Virus record (IMG/VR): IMGVR_UViG_3300017605_000342
Span: 1-64,000 of that record
DNA: 64,000 nucleotides
Reading direction: 5' to 3' (one strand)
Source of the DNA: a virus
Shown: positions 49,081 to 58,634 of the stretch, in pieces
Numbering within the stretch: the first letter of the stretch is position 1
Layout of the letters: each line of letters opens with the position of its first letter
Notes under the pieces: model-generated
The model's database searches: none
What the model was told of the DNA's origin: nothing
Seen by the model: only the letters and a program-made list of their open reading frames with translations
Program-made: the position numbers and the translations under genes

Positions 49081-49083
49081 TAC

Positions 49084-49157
49084 TCTGGGATCTTCTAACG
49101 GCAGGAAAGGTGGCTTTGACCCACCGAATCGAGGTTCGAATCCTCGTCCCAGATCCA
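49084..49157 (+). tRNA. tRNA-Gln(TTG)
   Basis: TCTGGGA/TCCCAGA, GGTGG-CTTTGAC-CCACC, CCA. Confidence 0.92.
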
Positions 49158-49159
49158 AC

Positions 49160-49234
49160 TCTAGGATCATACAATCGGCAGTATGCTTGGCTCTGAACCA
49201 AGTCATCGAGGTTCGAATCCTTGTCCTAGAACCA
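49160..49234 (+). tRNA. tRNA-Gln(CTG)
   Basis: TCTAGGA/TCCTAGA, CTTGG-CTCTGAA-CCAAG, CCA. Confidence 0.92.
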
Positions 49235-49545
49235 AACTTTGGAGAACACATGGAAGACACAAGAAGAGAAGAGGAAAAAGAACAAGAACGCAGACGTAAA
49301 AAACTTTTAGAGGAAGAAGAGCGCGAACGCAAGAGGCAGCAAGACAACATTAACCAACTCAATGCTGTTATCTCAGCAGTCATTTCTACAATGTGAGAAG
49401 CAAACATGGCACAACAAAAAACAAAAAACGGTATCGATGAAGTGATAGACACAATATCAGATATCTTAGACATTGGCGCTGATGCGGCAGACGACGTAAT
49501 AGATTGCCTAGCAGATGTGCTAGACGACTTCGACTTTGGAGACTA

Positions 49546-50160
49546 ATGAAATCATACCCTTCGATTCCCTCGTGGAAATCAGTCATCGGTGATTGGGCGG
49601 GCCTAGAATGCTTTGCCTTTGAGAAGATCGATGGTAGTAATATCAGGTGTGAATGGTCACGTAAAAGAGGTTGGTACAAATTTGGTAGTAGGACGCGGTT
49701 ATTGTCAGAGTCGGATACGACGCTAGGCAGAGCCATCCCAGTATTCAAACACAAGTATGGGGATGCTATCCATGACATACTTGTTAAAGGATTAAAGAAT
49801 CCAGAGTCTGCGATTGTGTACTGCGAGTTCTTCGGGCCAGGTAGCTTCGCGGGAAACCACCGCATGGTCGATAAACAGCACATGGACTTGGTGCTGTTTG
49901 ACGTTGACATTTACCGTAAAGGGCTACTACCACCTGACCAGTTTGTAGATCATTTTGGCGCTTTAGACATACCAGTGCTTTGTTACAGAGGTCCCCTTAC
50001 CACTGCTTACGTAGAGAATGTTAAGGCGGACTCAGAGGAACTGGAAGAAGGAGTAGTAGTTAAAACTGTATACAAAAAACAAGTTGATATGTGTAAGATC
50101 AAAACAAGATTTTGGCTTCAACGTCTTAAAACAAAGACCGGAGAAGTCGAAGATTGTTGA
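49546..50160 (+). CDS. compact RNA ligase-like nucleotidyltransferase
   Basis: YPSI, EKIDGSN, FGSR, CEFFG, LFDV, EGVVVK, KIK. Confidence 0.75.
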   Translation: MKSYPSIPSWKSVIGDWAGLECFAFEKIDGSNIRCEWSRKRGWYKFGSRTRLLSESDTTLGRAIPVFKHKYGDAIHDILVKGLKNPESAIVYCEFFGPGSFAGNHRMVDKQHMDLVLFDVDIYRKGLLPPDQFVDHFGALDIPVLCYRGPLTTAYVENVKADSEELEEGVVVKTVYKKQVDMCKIKTRFWLQRLKTKTGEVEDC

Positions 50161-50164
50161 ATGT

Positions 50165-50242
50165 GGCCCCATCTTCTAAACGGACTAGGAAATCACCCTT
50201 TCAAGGTGCAAAATGAGAGTTCGAATCTCTCTGGGGCTACCA
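50165..50242 (+). tRNA. tRNA-Glu(TTC)
   Basis: GGCCCCA/TGGGGCT, loop CTTTCAA, CCA. Confidence 0.9.
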
Positions 50243-50457
50243 TATAAGAGGTTATATCATGGATGACGGCAACGTATTTCAATGGAAGTTTTCTTTGTAC
50301 GCACAAGATCCTAGCAGCGGCGTACAAATGTTTTTAGGAAGTGCAATGTTTGGCAAAGATCATGACGCTGACAAAATCAAAGAATCTCTAATGAAAGCTT
50401 TTTGGACTGCTGACTTGGCAGGACAAGTCCCTGTTGTAAAAGAGGCAGACAAATAAC

Positions 50458-50535
50458 CCCTCGTGTAGCTCACCGGTAGAGCGGCTGGTTGAAGCCCAGC
50501 GCGATCATCAGGTTCAATTCCTGACCGAGGGACCA
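50458..50535 (+). tRNA. tRNA-Phe(GAA) copy 1, bulged acceptor stem
   Basis: CCCTCG(T)G/CCGAGGG, GCTGG-TTGAAGC-CCAGC, CCA. Confidence 0.85.
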
Positions 50536-50539
50536 CAGA

Positions 50540-50615
50540 TCTCTGTGTAGCTCACCGGTAGAGCGGCTGCCTGAAGAGCAGCGCGTAGCGGGTTCGACTC
50601 CCGCCCAGAGAACCA
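50540..50615 (+). tRNA. tRNA-Phe(GAA) copy 2, bulged acceptor stem
   Basis: TCTCTG(T)G/CCAGAGA, GCTGC-CTGAAGA-GCAGC, CCA. Confidence 0.85.
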
Positions 50616-50845
50616 AAACTATGAGCGTATACAGCACACTAACTGTTAGTAAATCTAAAGCGATAGAAAAAATACTTCAAGGTATCATGCTATCTAGTAA
50701 TGAAGTGTTGGCTGACTTGCTGTTTGATATGTACGGCAGTGAGTATTTAAGTAACGGTTTTTTACACAATTTTAGAGTAACAAATAGTTCGCGTGAGCCT
50801 GACGATGACGTGTCATGGCCAACACCAGGAGAAAGCTTTTGACAT

Positions 50846-50923
50846 AGCTTCGTGACGCCCAGCGGCTAAGGCATTTCCCTTACAAGGAAGAGATCGTGGG
50901 TTCGAGTCCCACCGAGGCTACCA
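50846..50923 (+). tRNA. tRNA-Val(TAC)
   Basis: AGCTTCG/CGAGGCT, TTTCC-CTTACAA-GGAAG, CCA. Confidence 0.88.
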
Positions 50924-50927
50924 CTAT

Positions 50928-51012
50928 CGGGGCGTGGCGGAATGTAGACGCAGCGGTCTTAAGAACCGCCGAGTTAGTTCTCGTGAAGGTTCAAATCCTT
51001 CCGCCCCGACCA
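50928..51012 (+). tRNA. tRNA-Leu(TAA)
   Basis: CGGGGCG/CGCCCCG, GCGGT-CTTAAGA-ACCGC, long variable arm, CCA. Confidence 0.9.
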
Positions 51013-51062
51013 ACATTCACAGTAGCAGTGAATATACCACTTGCAGTGAATAACAAACTTAT

Positions 51063-51146
51063 GGCTAGGTGGCGTAATGGCAGCCGCAGTGCGCTTAGAA
51101 CGCACCGCCTTCGGGCGTGGGGGTTCAAGTCCCTCCCTAGCTACCA
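51063..51146 (+). tRNA. tRNA-Leu(TAG)
   Basis: GGCTAGG/CCTAGCT, GTGCG-CTTAGAA-CGCAC, long variable arm, CCA. Confidence 0.92.
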
Positions 51147-51150
51147 AACT

Positions 51151-51717
51151 ATGGAAAGTATAATCAAAACATACTCAGGCAATTTTATAGATCTTTTAAA
51201 TCTAGATGTACGTAAAATAACGTTACAAGATATTGCACAAGGGTGTTCTCAAACTTGTAGGTATGGTGGGCAATGTAACAAATTCTATTCCACTGCCGAG
51301 CATACCTGCCTAGTTGTAGGCTTAGCTAAACGCGCAGACGAGCCGCTAGCAATACAACAATTAAGTATGGGCCATGATACCTCTGAAGGAATTGGCATGG
51401 GGGACATGGTACGCCCACTCAAGCAGGTTGTTTCCAAGTACAGGGCTATCGAAGACGTTACCCTGACTAGAATGCTCCGAGCATTTAATATTAAAGAAAC
51501 AGCTAAGCTATGGAAAACTGTTAAAGTCTACGATCATGCAGCGTATATGATTGAAAGACAACTATTGTTCGACGACATTCCTGCAAAAGACCGTCAGGAA
51601 GCCATGTTTTTATTTAAGTCGGCGACACACTGGAAGTTTGCATTACCGCCTAAAGCGGCTAAATCTCTGTTCTTGGAGACATGGCATGACCTCGGTATCC
51701 CTACTACCCCGAAGTAG
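51151..51717 (+). CDS. HD phosphohydrolase (YfbR-like 5'-deoxynucleotidase)
   Basis: TYSG..DIAQG.S..RYGG..YSTAEH, HDTSE, GDM.RPLK; upstream in-frame extension is tRNA sequence. Confidence 0.85.
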   Translation: MESIIKTYSGNFIDLLNLDVRKITLQDIAQGCSQTCRYGGQCNKFYSTAEHTCLVVGLAKRADEPLAIQQLSMGHDTSEGIGMGDMVRPLKQVVSKYRAIEDVTLTRMLRAFNIKETAKLWKTVKVYDHAAYMIERQLLFDDIPAKDRQEAMFLFKSATHWKFALPPKAAKSLFLETWHDLGIPTTPK

Positions 51718-51884
51718 TATTGAAGTAGAGAAGCTAGCTATTTTCGTCCACGGTATGTTGGCCGGTGGACACCTGTTAGGAGTTGTATACAACGCAAAAC
51801 ATGGTAATACTGGTGATGTAATAGCGCACAGTCTAGCGTTTGTCTATGATATTTATGCAACATCAAAACACCTGAAGAAATCTA

Positions 51885-52250
51885 ATGCGTCCCATACTTG
51901 AGTTTGAAATCTCAGACCATCCAGAGCATAGAACTATTGCAATAGTACCAGACGGACGAGAATATCACATTTTGCTTAATGGCAAGGTGCATTACGGTGG
52001 TACCAAGTTTTCCCTGAATGATGCAAAAGATAAAATAGATTTCTTAAAAAAGTATTTAAACATAAAAGAACCTGTAGCACGAACACAAGACGGGCAAGTG
52101 CTTAAGCCAAAACGTAAACGTCGCACTAAAGCTGAGATGCAAGAAGCCCGAAGGGAGATGGAACATGCCAAGCGAAAAAGGGTCCGAGTTAATAGAGCTG
52201 TCACAAAAAAACCTCGTGGGCGTCCACCCGCGCCTAAAAGAAATCGCTGA
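51885..52250 (+). CDS. hypothetical protein with basic AT-hook-like tail
   Basis: KRKRRTKAEM...KKPRGRP. Confidence 0.55.
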   Translation: MRPILEFEISDHPEHRTIAIVPDGREYHILLNGKVHYGGTKFSLNDAKDKIDFLKKYLNIKEPVARTQDGQVLKPKRKRRTKAEMQEARREMEHAKRKRVRVNRAVTKKPRGRPPAPKRNR

Positions 52251-52761
52251 GATTATCATTGACAACCTGGCACTGAATGGTGTATATTTTGGTGTTCATA
52301 TGGGACTACGCTCGTGGGCAGTGCAACATGCGTTGTATTCTCAGGGCCGAGAAACCCTAGCAAACGTTAACTTGTACAGAAAGGCTGCGGGATTGCCACC
52401 CATACCAGCATCCGAGAACGAACACAGAGTTACAAAAGCCCCAGCAGGAAGCTCGTGGCATAACTTTGGGTTAGCCGTAGACTTAGTAGAAGATGGTGAC
52501 CCGAATAAAGCAGGTATTCAGTGGTCGTGGGCATCAACTGTAAACTATCTTAAGATAGGCACAGAATCTAAAAACTTTCCTGAACTAGAGTATGGTGGAT
52601 TTTGGAAATCGTTGAAAGATTACCCACATATTGAGATGCATGGCACACTTACACTTGCTACGGCAAGGGTGCTACTTTCAAGGGGTGATGTACAAGCTGT
52701 GTGGGATGTTGTTGATGAAGAAACTAGATTACGGAGGATAACTGGTGCCAACCGAAATTAA
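52165..52761 (+). CDS. M15 family peptidoglycan peptidase (L-Ala-D-Glu type endolysin-like)
   Basis: LVGVHP, GLRS..Q..LY.QGR, VTKA..SWHNFGLAVD, GGFW..DYPHIE. Confidence 0.88.
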   Translation: MPSEKGSELIELSQKNLVGVHPRLKEIAEIIIDNLALNGVYFGVHMGLRSWAVQHALYSQGRETLANVNLYRKAAGLPPIPASENEHRVTKAPAGSSWHNFGLAVDLVEDGDPNKAGIQWSWASTVNYLKIGTESKNFPELEYGGFWKSLKDYPHIEMHGTLTLATARVLLSRGDVQAVWDVVDEETRLRRITGANRN

Positions 52762-53399
52762 AGTTGATGGTGGAGAACAACACGCGTTGTACACCCACGC
52801 TTATGTAACATGGGAAACAGCGGTCGAAGTTGTATGCAAGCTTGCAGCACAATACGGACGAGACAATGTATTTTCAACGTATGACGCTGAACGGTTGTTG
52901 CAGGCGGCTGGTAACATCATTAAGGGAAAAACTGCTTTGGGTAAAGAAGAGATCGGATGGCAGAACGCTAACCCAGCAACGGGCATGACACCTAACATCT
53001 GGGTTGAGCAAGACCCACGAGACAAGGCGAAGAACTTACTAAAAAGACTATGACACTTATGGATGAAGTCATTGAAGAAACACGTAAGAAAGCTGTAATG
53101 TTACTACAAGAAAAAATAGATAGCATAGTCACTGTGGATCACTATAACTTAGCTGAGTTTATAGTAACTGAAGACTTCTTGAAAAAATTCAGGGAGCTAT
53201 TTCTAGATGACACGTATAGAAGTCATACCTAACTTTGAAACGATGCTATGGACAGTCCACATAGACGGAGTAGAAGTTGGTAGATCAAATTCTAGCCTAG
53301 ACTGTGACGTGTGGGCTGCCCACATTGCTAAAGCATACACAGAAGTGGTTGTAGATAAGCATCGGACGGATCGTGGTTTTCTTATGGGGCAACTGGAGA

Positions 53400-53819
53400 A
53401 TGCTAGAAAAGAAAAAGCAGCGACAGATAAAAAGTCTAGGGCTAAAGGTACGACAGAGAGTAAAGAGCCTCAACAGCAAAGTTTTACGTGGGGAGCTATG
53501 TTGGAACTTTAACATGGCAGGTGGTTGCCTGATGGCCTCATACATGCTAAACCGAGTTTTGACAAAACACGGTATTCCCTCAAAACTCATTAAAGGCAAC
53601 TACAACGGGATGTACCACTGGTGGGTTGTTGTAGACAACTTTGTTGTAGATATCACAGCAACTCAGTTTGGAATGAAAGATAGAGTTTACATAACACGCG
53701 CATCAAACAAGAAGTATGTCGGCAAAGAACATCAAGCAAAGACATTTGCACAATGGCCCAAAAGATTGTGGCCAACAAAATTTGTTTCTTACTTTAGGGG
53801 TATTAGCATAAAAGAGTAG
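53400..53819 (+). CDS. transglutaminase/papain-like Cys-His-Asp protein (start uncertain, possibly 53514)
   Basis: GGCLMAS, HWWV, VDITATQF; stop codon inside tRNA-Asp. Confidence 0.55.
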   Translation: MLEKKKQRQIKSLGLKVRQRVKSLNSKVLRGELCWNFNMAGGCLMASYMLNRVLTKHGIPSKLIKGNYNGMYHWWVVVDNFVVDITATQFGMKDRVYITRASNKKYVGKEHQAKTFAQWPKRLWPTKFVSYFRGISIKE

Positions 53820-53873
53820 TGCGCTTCCCCGTCACGGAAGAAGGTGCCGGTTCAAGCCCGGTATGCCCCGCCA
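53797..53873 (+). tRNA. tRNA-Asp(GTC) with C33
   Basis: GGGGTAT/ATGCCCC, CTTCC-CCGTCAC-GGAAG, G73-CCA. Confidence 0.85.
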
Positions 53874-53880
53874 ACACACC

Positions 53881-54438
53881 ATGAAAACAACAATATTTAA
53901 CCTGTACGGTGGACCAGGTACAGGTAAGTCTACAAGCGCAGCATTCATGTACTTCGTACTTAAAAGCCTTGGAAAAAATTCTGAGCTAGTACGTGAGTAT
54001 GTTAAAGAGTGGGCATGGGAAGGACGACAGTTTGGGATCTTCGACCAGATTTACTTTTTGGGTAAGCAGGTCAGAAAAGAATCCATGCTGTACGGGAAGG
54101 TTGATTTCATTATCACAGATTCTCCCATCATGCTTAATGCGTACTACGGCACAAAGCACTGTAGCACGTCAATAGGTACAAGCATAGCAACACTAGTCTC
54201 CAGCTTCTACAGACAAGCTGAGGTAGAAGGTCACAAACACGTGCATGTAATGTTGCAGCGATCAAAGGATTACAACCCAGCAGGTAGGTACCAAACAGAG
54301 GCTGAAGCTAGGCACATTGACATAGACATGCGTGATTTTTTAAATCAGTACAACATACCATATCAAATGTCTAGAACTGACAACGACAGTTTAACTAGCG
54401 TATTAAAAACCACACTATGTACGGATATACTCTTGTAG
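53881..54438 (+). CDS. P-loop kinase (AAA_28/NadR-like)
   Basis: NLYGGPGTGKST, EYVK, ITDSP, GRYQ. Confidence 0.8.
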   Translation: MKTTIFNLYGGPGTGKSTSAAFMYFVLKSLGKNSELVREYVKEWAWEGRQFGIFDQIYFLGKQVRKESMLYGKVDFIITDSPIMLNAYYGTKHCSTSIGTSIATLVSSFYRQAEVEGHKHVHVMLQRSKDYNPAGRYQTEAEARHIDIDMRDFLNQYNIPYQMSRTDNDSLTSVLKTTLCTDILL

Positions 54439-54594
54439 GCGACAAAGCGTACATATTTGGAAAAGACGAGCAGGGTGTATATCTTTCTCTCGTGGCAAAG
54501 ATAATATGCAAAACCGATATTAAGTCTCCATTTGTAAACATTGTCACTAGAGAAGCAACTGAGAAAGATCTGGAAGAGTTACAGGAGAGTACAC

Positions 54595-54831
54595 ATGGAA
54601 GATACTAATGTAGTATTTATTATTAAAGGATTAGTTGATGGTGACAGAAAGCTGGTTGTGTCTAAAGAAAATGTAGCAGCGGTGTCAATGGGCGCTGAGA
54701 TTGTAGACTCCAGTAATACATACAAAGTTATCCGAATAGTTAGCTATTTGTCTATCACATCAAGTAACGTCTACCTAAACGCAACTCCAGTAGTTGAAGT
54801 GGAACTAATTACCAAGGCACCCGTCGTCTAA
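54595..54831 (+). CDS. hypothetical protein (stop codon inside tRNA-Arg)
   Basis: AGGAG RBS. Confidence 0.5.
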   Translation: MEDTNVVFIIKGLVDGDRKLVVSKENVAAVSMGAEIVDSSNTYKVIRIVSYLSITSSNVYLNATPVVEVELITKAPVV

Positions 54832-54892
54832 TCGGAAAGGCCCTGCGCTACGAACGCAGTGATTGAAGGTTCAAGTCCTTCCGGGTGTTCCA
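54817..54892 (+). tRNA. tRNA-Arg(ACG)
   Basis: GCACCCG/CGGGTGT, CTGCG-CTACGAA-CGCAG, CCA. Confidence 0.9.
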
Positions 54893-54896
54893 ACAC

Positions 54897-55397
54897 ATGA
54901 TTACAATTAAACTTACAGAGACAGAAATAGAAATAGCAAAGTTAATCGCTGAACACCGTTATAGCACAAATCGTGCGGACGGGGTACCAAACGCAAAGAT
55001 GGGCAACCAGGCAAACGACTTCACAGACCTTAACGGATTTTGTGGAGAACTGGCGTTCTGTAAAGCCATGAACTTGTACCCAGACTTTAGGATTGTACCC
55101 GGTGGTGCTGGACTAACAGATGCTGTATTACACGATGGCAAAAGCGTTGACGTTAAAACGTCCAAGCATCCTAAAGCAAACCTGATCGCCCGCAAGATAC
55201 CAGATGATGTTGACCTCTTTGTGTTAGTGCGGGGAGAAATACCAGAGTTTGATATTCTAGGATACGCATCGCGTGCGGAATTACTAGCTCTTCCAAAGAA
55301 GGACTTAGGTTATGGCCTCACACACTTCATGTCAGCCGATGACTTGCACCCAATAGAAGATCTGCTGTGGGCCAACGCGATTGAGGCGTTGCTGTGA
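54897..55397 (+). CDS. PD-(D/E)XK nuclease-like protein
   Basis: GELAF, D, VDVKT, DLFVLV, GYA. Confidence 0.6.
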   Translation: MITIKLTETEIEIAKLIAEHRYSTNRADGVPNAKMGNQANDFTDLNGFCGELAFCKAMNLYPDFRIVPGGAGLTDAVLHDGKSVDVKTSKHPKANLIARKIPDDVDLFVLVRGEIPEFDILGYASRAELLALPKKDLGYGLTHFMSADDLHPIEDLLWANAIEALL

Positions 55398-56056
55398 CTG
55401 CGAACGAGTACTTTACAAAAGTCTTCTACGTGAATTTGACGAGACGCTCCGACAGGCGCGATGCCATAGAACGTCAGCTAGTTGCCAACAACATAGAAGC
55501 AGAACGCTGGGAAGCCCAAGACGGTAACCCTTGGGGCTACTCCAAAGGGTTGTTACGTCAGGAAGTTGGTTGCCTGATTTCCCACTTGAAGCTGATTAAG
55601 CATTGTCGAATACAGGGCTATGCCAAGGTATTAATCTTGGAAGATGACGCTGAATTCTTGCCGAAGTTTGAGTATAACTTTAGCGAGCGGGTACGTGGGG
55701 TACCGGATAAATGGACGATGCTTTACTTTGGTGGAAATCATAACCTGACGGACCCAGATGCCCGCAGAGCACACCCCATACCAGGTTCAAAGTATGTAAT
55801 TAAGTGTTGTTATACTTTGACAACACATGCTTATGGTTTAAAACAGGAAGCGTACACACCCATAATAGAAGCTCTAGAGCCGCCAGACAAAGTATTCAAT
55901 GACTCTCTGAGACAGTCCTTGGACTTGTACTACGCAGAGTTACAGTGGCGCAAGCAGGTTACAGCCTATGCATTTCATCCGGCATTGATAACACAGTCTG
56001 ATGGATTCTCTGACATTCAACAAAAGCACGTTTCTTACAAAGGAATGATTACGTGA
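55394..56056 (+). CDS. glycosyltransferase family 25
   Basis: VNLTRRSDRR, GCLISH, ILEDDA, THAY, Q..FSDI. Confidence 0.85.
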   Translation: MTANEYFTKVFYVNLTRRSDRRDAIERQLVANNIEAERWEAQDGNPWGYSKGLLRQEVGCLISHLKLIKHCRIQGYAKVLILEDDAEFLPKFEYNFSERVRGVPDKWTMLYFGGNHNLTDPDARRAHPIPGSKYVIKCCYTLTTHAYGLKQEAYTPIIEALEPPDKVFNDSLRQSLDLYYAELQWRKQVTAYAFHPALITQSDGFSDIQQKHVSYKGMIT

Positions 56057-56763
56057 AACACAAGTGGGGCAAATGGACTTATACCGATCTAGAGATAGAG
56101 GCCCAAATTACCACAGCAATCAAGAGAGGTCGCAAAGGCCCAAAGCTACTAGACTTGTTCTGTGGTGCTGGTGGGGCGGCTATGGGGTACCACCAAGCCG
56201 GGTTTGATAACATCTTAGGTGTTGACATTAACCCCCAACCGCGCTACCCTTTTAAGTTCGTGCAAGCGGACGCTATAGAGTTTGCCATTGCAAATATCTA
56301 TGACTTTGATTACGTACATGCCAGTCCTCCATGCCAGCATTACACGCGCATGTTGAACCACGGCCTGACAGATAGAGGCAATCATCCTGACCTTATTAGG
56401 CTTGTGCGAAACATAGTAAAGATCAGACCGTATGTGATCGAGAATGTAGTAGGGGCACCGTTGCTTGTGCCCACTGTATTATGTGGTGAGATGTTCGGTT
56501 TGCGCGTAACACGTCACAGACTGTTTGAATCTAACATGTTTATTGCTCAACCCAGACATATACCACACCGCAAAGAAGGCGGGATACGCAAACAGAATGA
56601 CGGTGGGTATTACTACCGTGTCTACGGCCACGAAACTGGTAAGGCATCTTGGGGCAAGGCAATGGGGATCGATTGGATGAAGTCATGGGAACTGGCTCAA
56701 GCAATACCACCAGCATTTACGAAATACATCGGAAAGGAAATACTACATGGCAGTCGTAACTAA
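56053..56763 (+). CDS. C5 DNA cytosine methyltransferase
   Basis: LLDLFCGAGG, ASPPCQ, IENV, RHRLFE, AIPP. Confidence 0.88.
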   Translation: MKHKWGKWTYTDLEIEAQITTAIKRGRKGPKLLDLFCGAGGAAMGYHQAGFDNILGVDINPQPRYPFKFVQADAIEFAIANIYDFDYVHASPPCQHYTRMLNHGLTDRGNHPDLIRLVRNIVKIRPYVIENVVGAPLLVPTVLCGEMFGLRVTRHRLFESNMFIAQPRHIPHRKEGGIRKQNDGGYYYRVYGHETGKASWGKAMGIDWMKSWELAQAIPPAFTKYIGKEILHGSRN

Positions 56764-57292
56764 CAAGGGGGTACCGCACAGACCATCACCAGCTCATTTC
56801 TGCGATAGGTGCCATACAAGATACGTTAGAAAGTGGAAAGATAAACATATAGCTTTATGCACTCTAGAAGAATTAAACGAAGCTATCGAACACCTTGAAA
56901 AACGAAGATATGATTGGGAAGAACGGCTAGATATCGGTGCAATGTCGGAGTTAGTATCTTTACGAGATCAACTTCTAGGTGCCCACGAAAAATACGCACC
57001 AGAAATAGTTCAATTTGCAATTAAAGAAGATTGTATACTAGTTATATTTCATGGTGAGCGCACGTTCATCTCTAAGGATGAAATACCAGAAGGTGCTACA
57101 AAACTGTTCATCGAATACAAATGGGAAAAAGACAGCCGTGAGCAAGAACACACCAAAATTGCTTGGTTTACAGACATAGATCATGGACCAGCAGTTATGC
57201 CGTGGCGAGTAATTGGTAAATTGGAGTTAACAAATGAAACATTCAAACTGGTATGTGTCGAAGAAACACCAAGCACACCAGAAAGAAATTAA
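56747..57292 (+). CDS. hypothetical protein
   Basis: 181 aa ORF with AAGG RBS. Confidence 0.55.
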   Translation: MAVVTNKGVPHRPSPAHFCDRCHTRYVRKWKDKHIALCTLEELNEAIEHLEKRRYDWEERLDIGAMSELVSLRDQLLGAHEKYAPEIVQFAIKEDCILVIFHGERTFISKDEIPEGATKLFIEYKWEKDSREQEHTKIAWFTDIDHGPAVMPWRVIGKLELTNETFKLVCVEETPSTPERN

Positions 57293-57450
57293 TATAGTAG
57301 TACCAGATACAACAAAAGTAGACATACATGCAGTGATAAACTGTAAGGCATGTTATGGTCGTGGGTATATAGGCAAGAACCTGACCACTGGAGAAATTGT
57401 ACCATGTAAGTGCCTAACGCTGAAAGCAAAGATTGAACATCAGGAGCCAG

Positions 57451-57930
57451 ATGAGCGACCCGTTACCTAAGTTAGAGAAGTTAGCAAAGCACATCCATCA
57501 TGTTCAAGAGTCTGCAACTATTTTGGCCGAACGCTGTATACAGACAGGAAATACAAACTTGGGGATAGCCTTGATGCAGAACGCAGCACGCCACGACAAC
57601 AGTAAGTACAGTGGTATAGAACTACGTTACCTTGTTCTGGACGAAACAGACAATGGTGAACTAATACGTTTAGCAGTTGACCACCACAACAAAACAAATT
57701 TACACCACCCCGAAGCGTGGGTTGGGGGCATTAAAGAAATGTCCGATCTATACATGATGGAAATGGTGTGCGACTGGCGAGCTAGATCTACTGAGTTTGG
57801 TACTGACTTGCGTGAGTGGATAGCAGAGTGCGCTACTGAAAAATTTAGCTTTAGAAAGAACGACAGGGTGTTCAAAGACATTCAAAAATATTTAAGAATC
57901 ATTTTGGACATGCCATTCAAAAAACTATGA
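57451..57930 (+). CDS. DUF5662-like HD-related protein
   Basis: HI.HV, HDNSK, HH..N.HHPE, EMVCDW.A. Confidence 0.7.
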   Translation: MSDPLPKLEKLAKHIHHVQESATILAERCIQTGNTNLGIALMQNAARHDNSKYSGIELRYLVLDETDNGELIRLAVDHHNKTNLHHPEAWVGGIKEMSDLYMMEMVCDWRARSTEFGTDLREWIAECATEKFSFRKNDRVFKDIQKYLRIILDMPFKKL

Positions 57931-58474
57931 GCAAATTTATAATCCTAACCCAACCTAACGACAACAAACTTGCCGTACGCAAAGAGCATGTAAAAAGATT
58001 CTACGAATTATCTAATGCTTCCTTGGGCAAACAAACTGCCGTGGATACCGGCGATTATACGTGGAATGTCAAAGAATCTGTCGATGAAATACATAAATTG
58101 CTTTACAAAAAGGGGAAAAAATGATAGGATTGTTGCTAGGTATTTACTTTGGCGGGTTTTTTGTATCACTGTGCTGGTCGATCTCTGAGGCTGCAAACTT
58201 TGGCGTTAGCACAAGCCCTGTAGCACACGTGACAGCCACAGCAATATGGCCTCTAGTCATGGCTTGGTTGGTAGTTGAGTTTATTAGGAGGCTAGCTTAA
58301 TGTCAACTCTTTTGGGAATCTATATTGGTGGTTTGTTTGTTTGCATAATGTGGCGCATAACAGATCTTGAGTATGCAGACTTCGAATACGAAGACGTACC
58401 AATGATTCTACTATGGCCTTTGACAATGTTGTGGATGTTGTACAATTTAGTGCGGCATAACTTATAAAGTATGT

Positions 58475-58551
58475 TCCAGAGTGGCGGAATAGGTAAGCGC
58501 GTCTGACTGTTAATCAGAAATATGCAGGTTCGATTCCTGCCTCTGGAGCCA
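58475..58551 (+). tRNA. tRNA-Asn(GTT)
   Basis: TCCAGAG/CTCTGGA, TCTGA-CTGTTAA-TCAGA, G73-CCA. Confidence 0.92.
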
Positions 58552-58553
58552 TC

Positions 58554-58628
58554 GCGGGCTTGGTGTAGCGGCAACATCTACGCCTTCCAAGCGTTAAGAC
58601 GAGGGTTCGAGTCCCTCAGCCCGCTCCA
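58554..58628 (+). tRNA. tRNA-Gly(TCC)
   Basis: GCGGGCT/AGCCCGC, loop CTTCCAA, U73-CCA. Confidence 0.92.
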
Positions 58629-58634
58629 AACAAA

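Noticed and set aside
49064-49249. ORF extensions across tRNAs (49064, 50896, 4213, 11196, 25194, 58522)
   Set aside because: The translated text is tRNA sequence; real starts lie just after the CCA ends (49250, 51151, 4267, 11301) or no real gene is evident
51015-51055. Short repeat GCAGTGAATA x2 with inverted ATTCAC between two tRNA-Leu genes
   Set aside because: Too short and single-locus to support a function; may be a processing spacer
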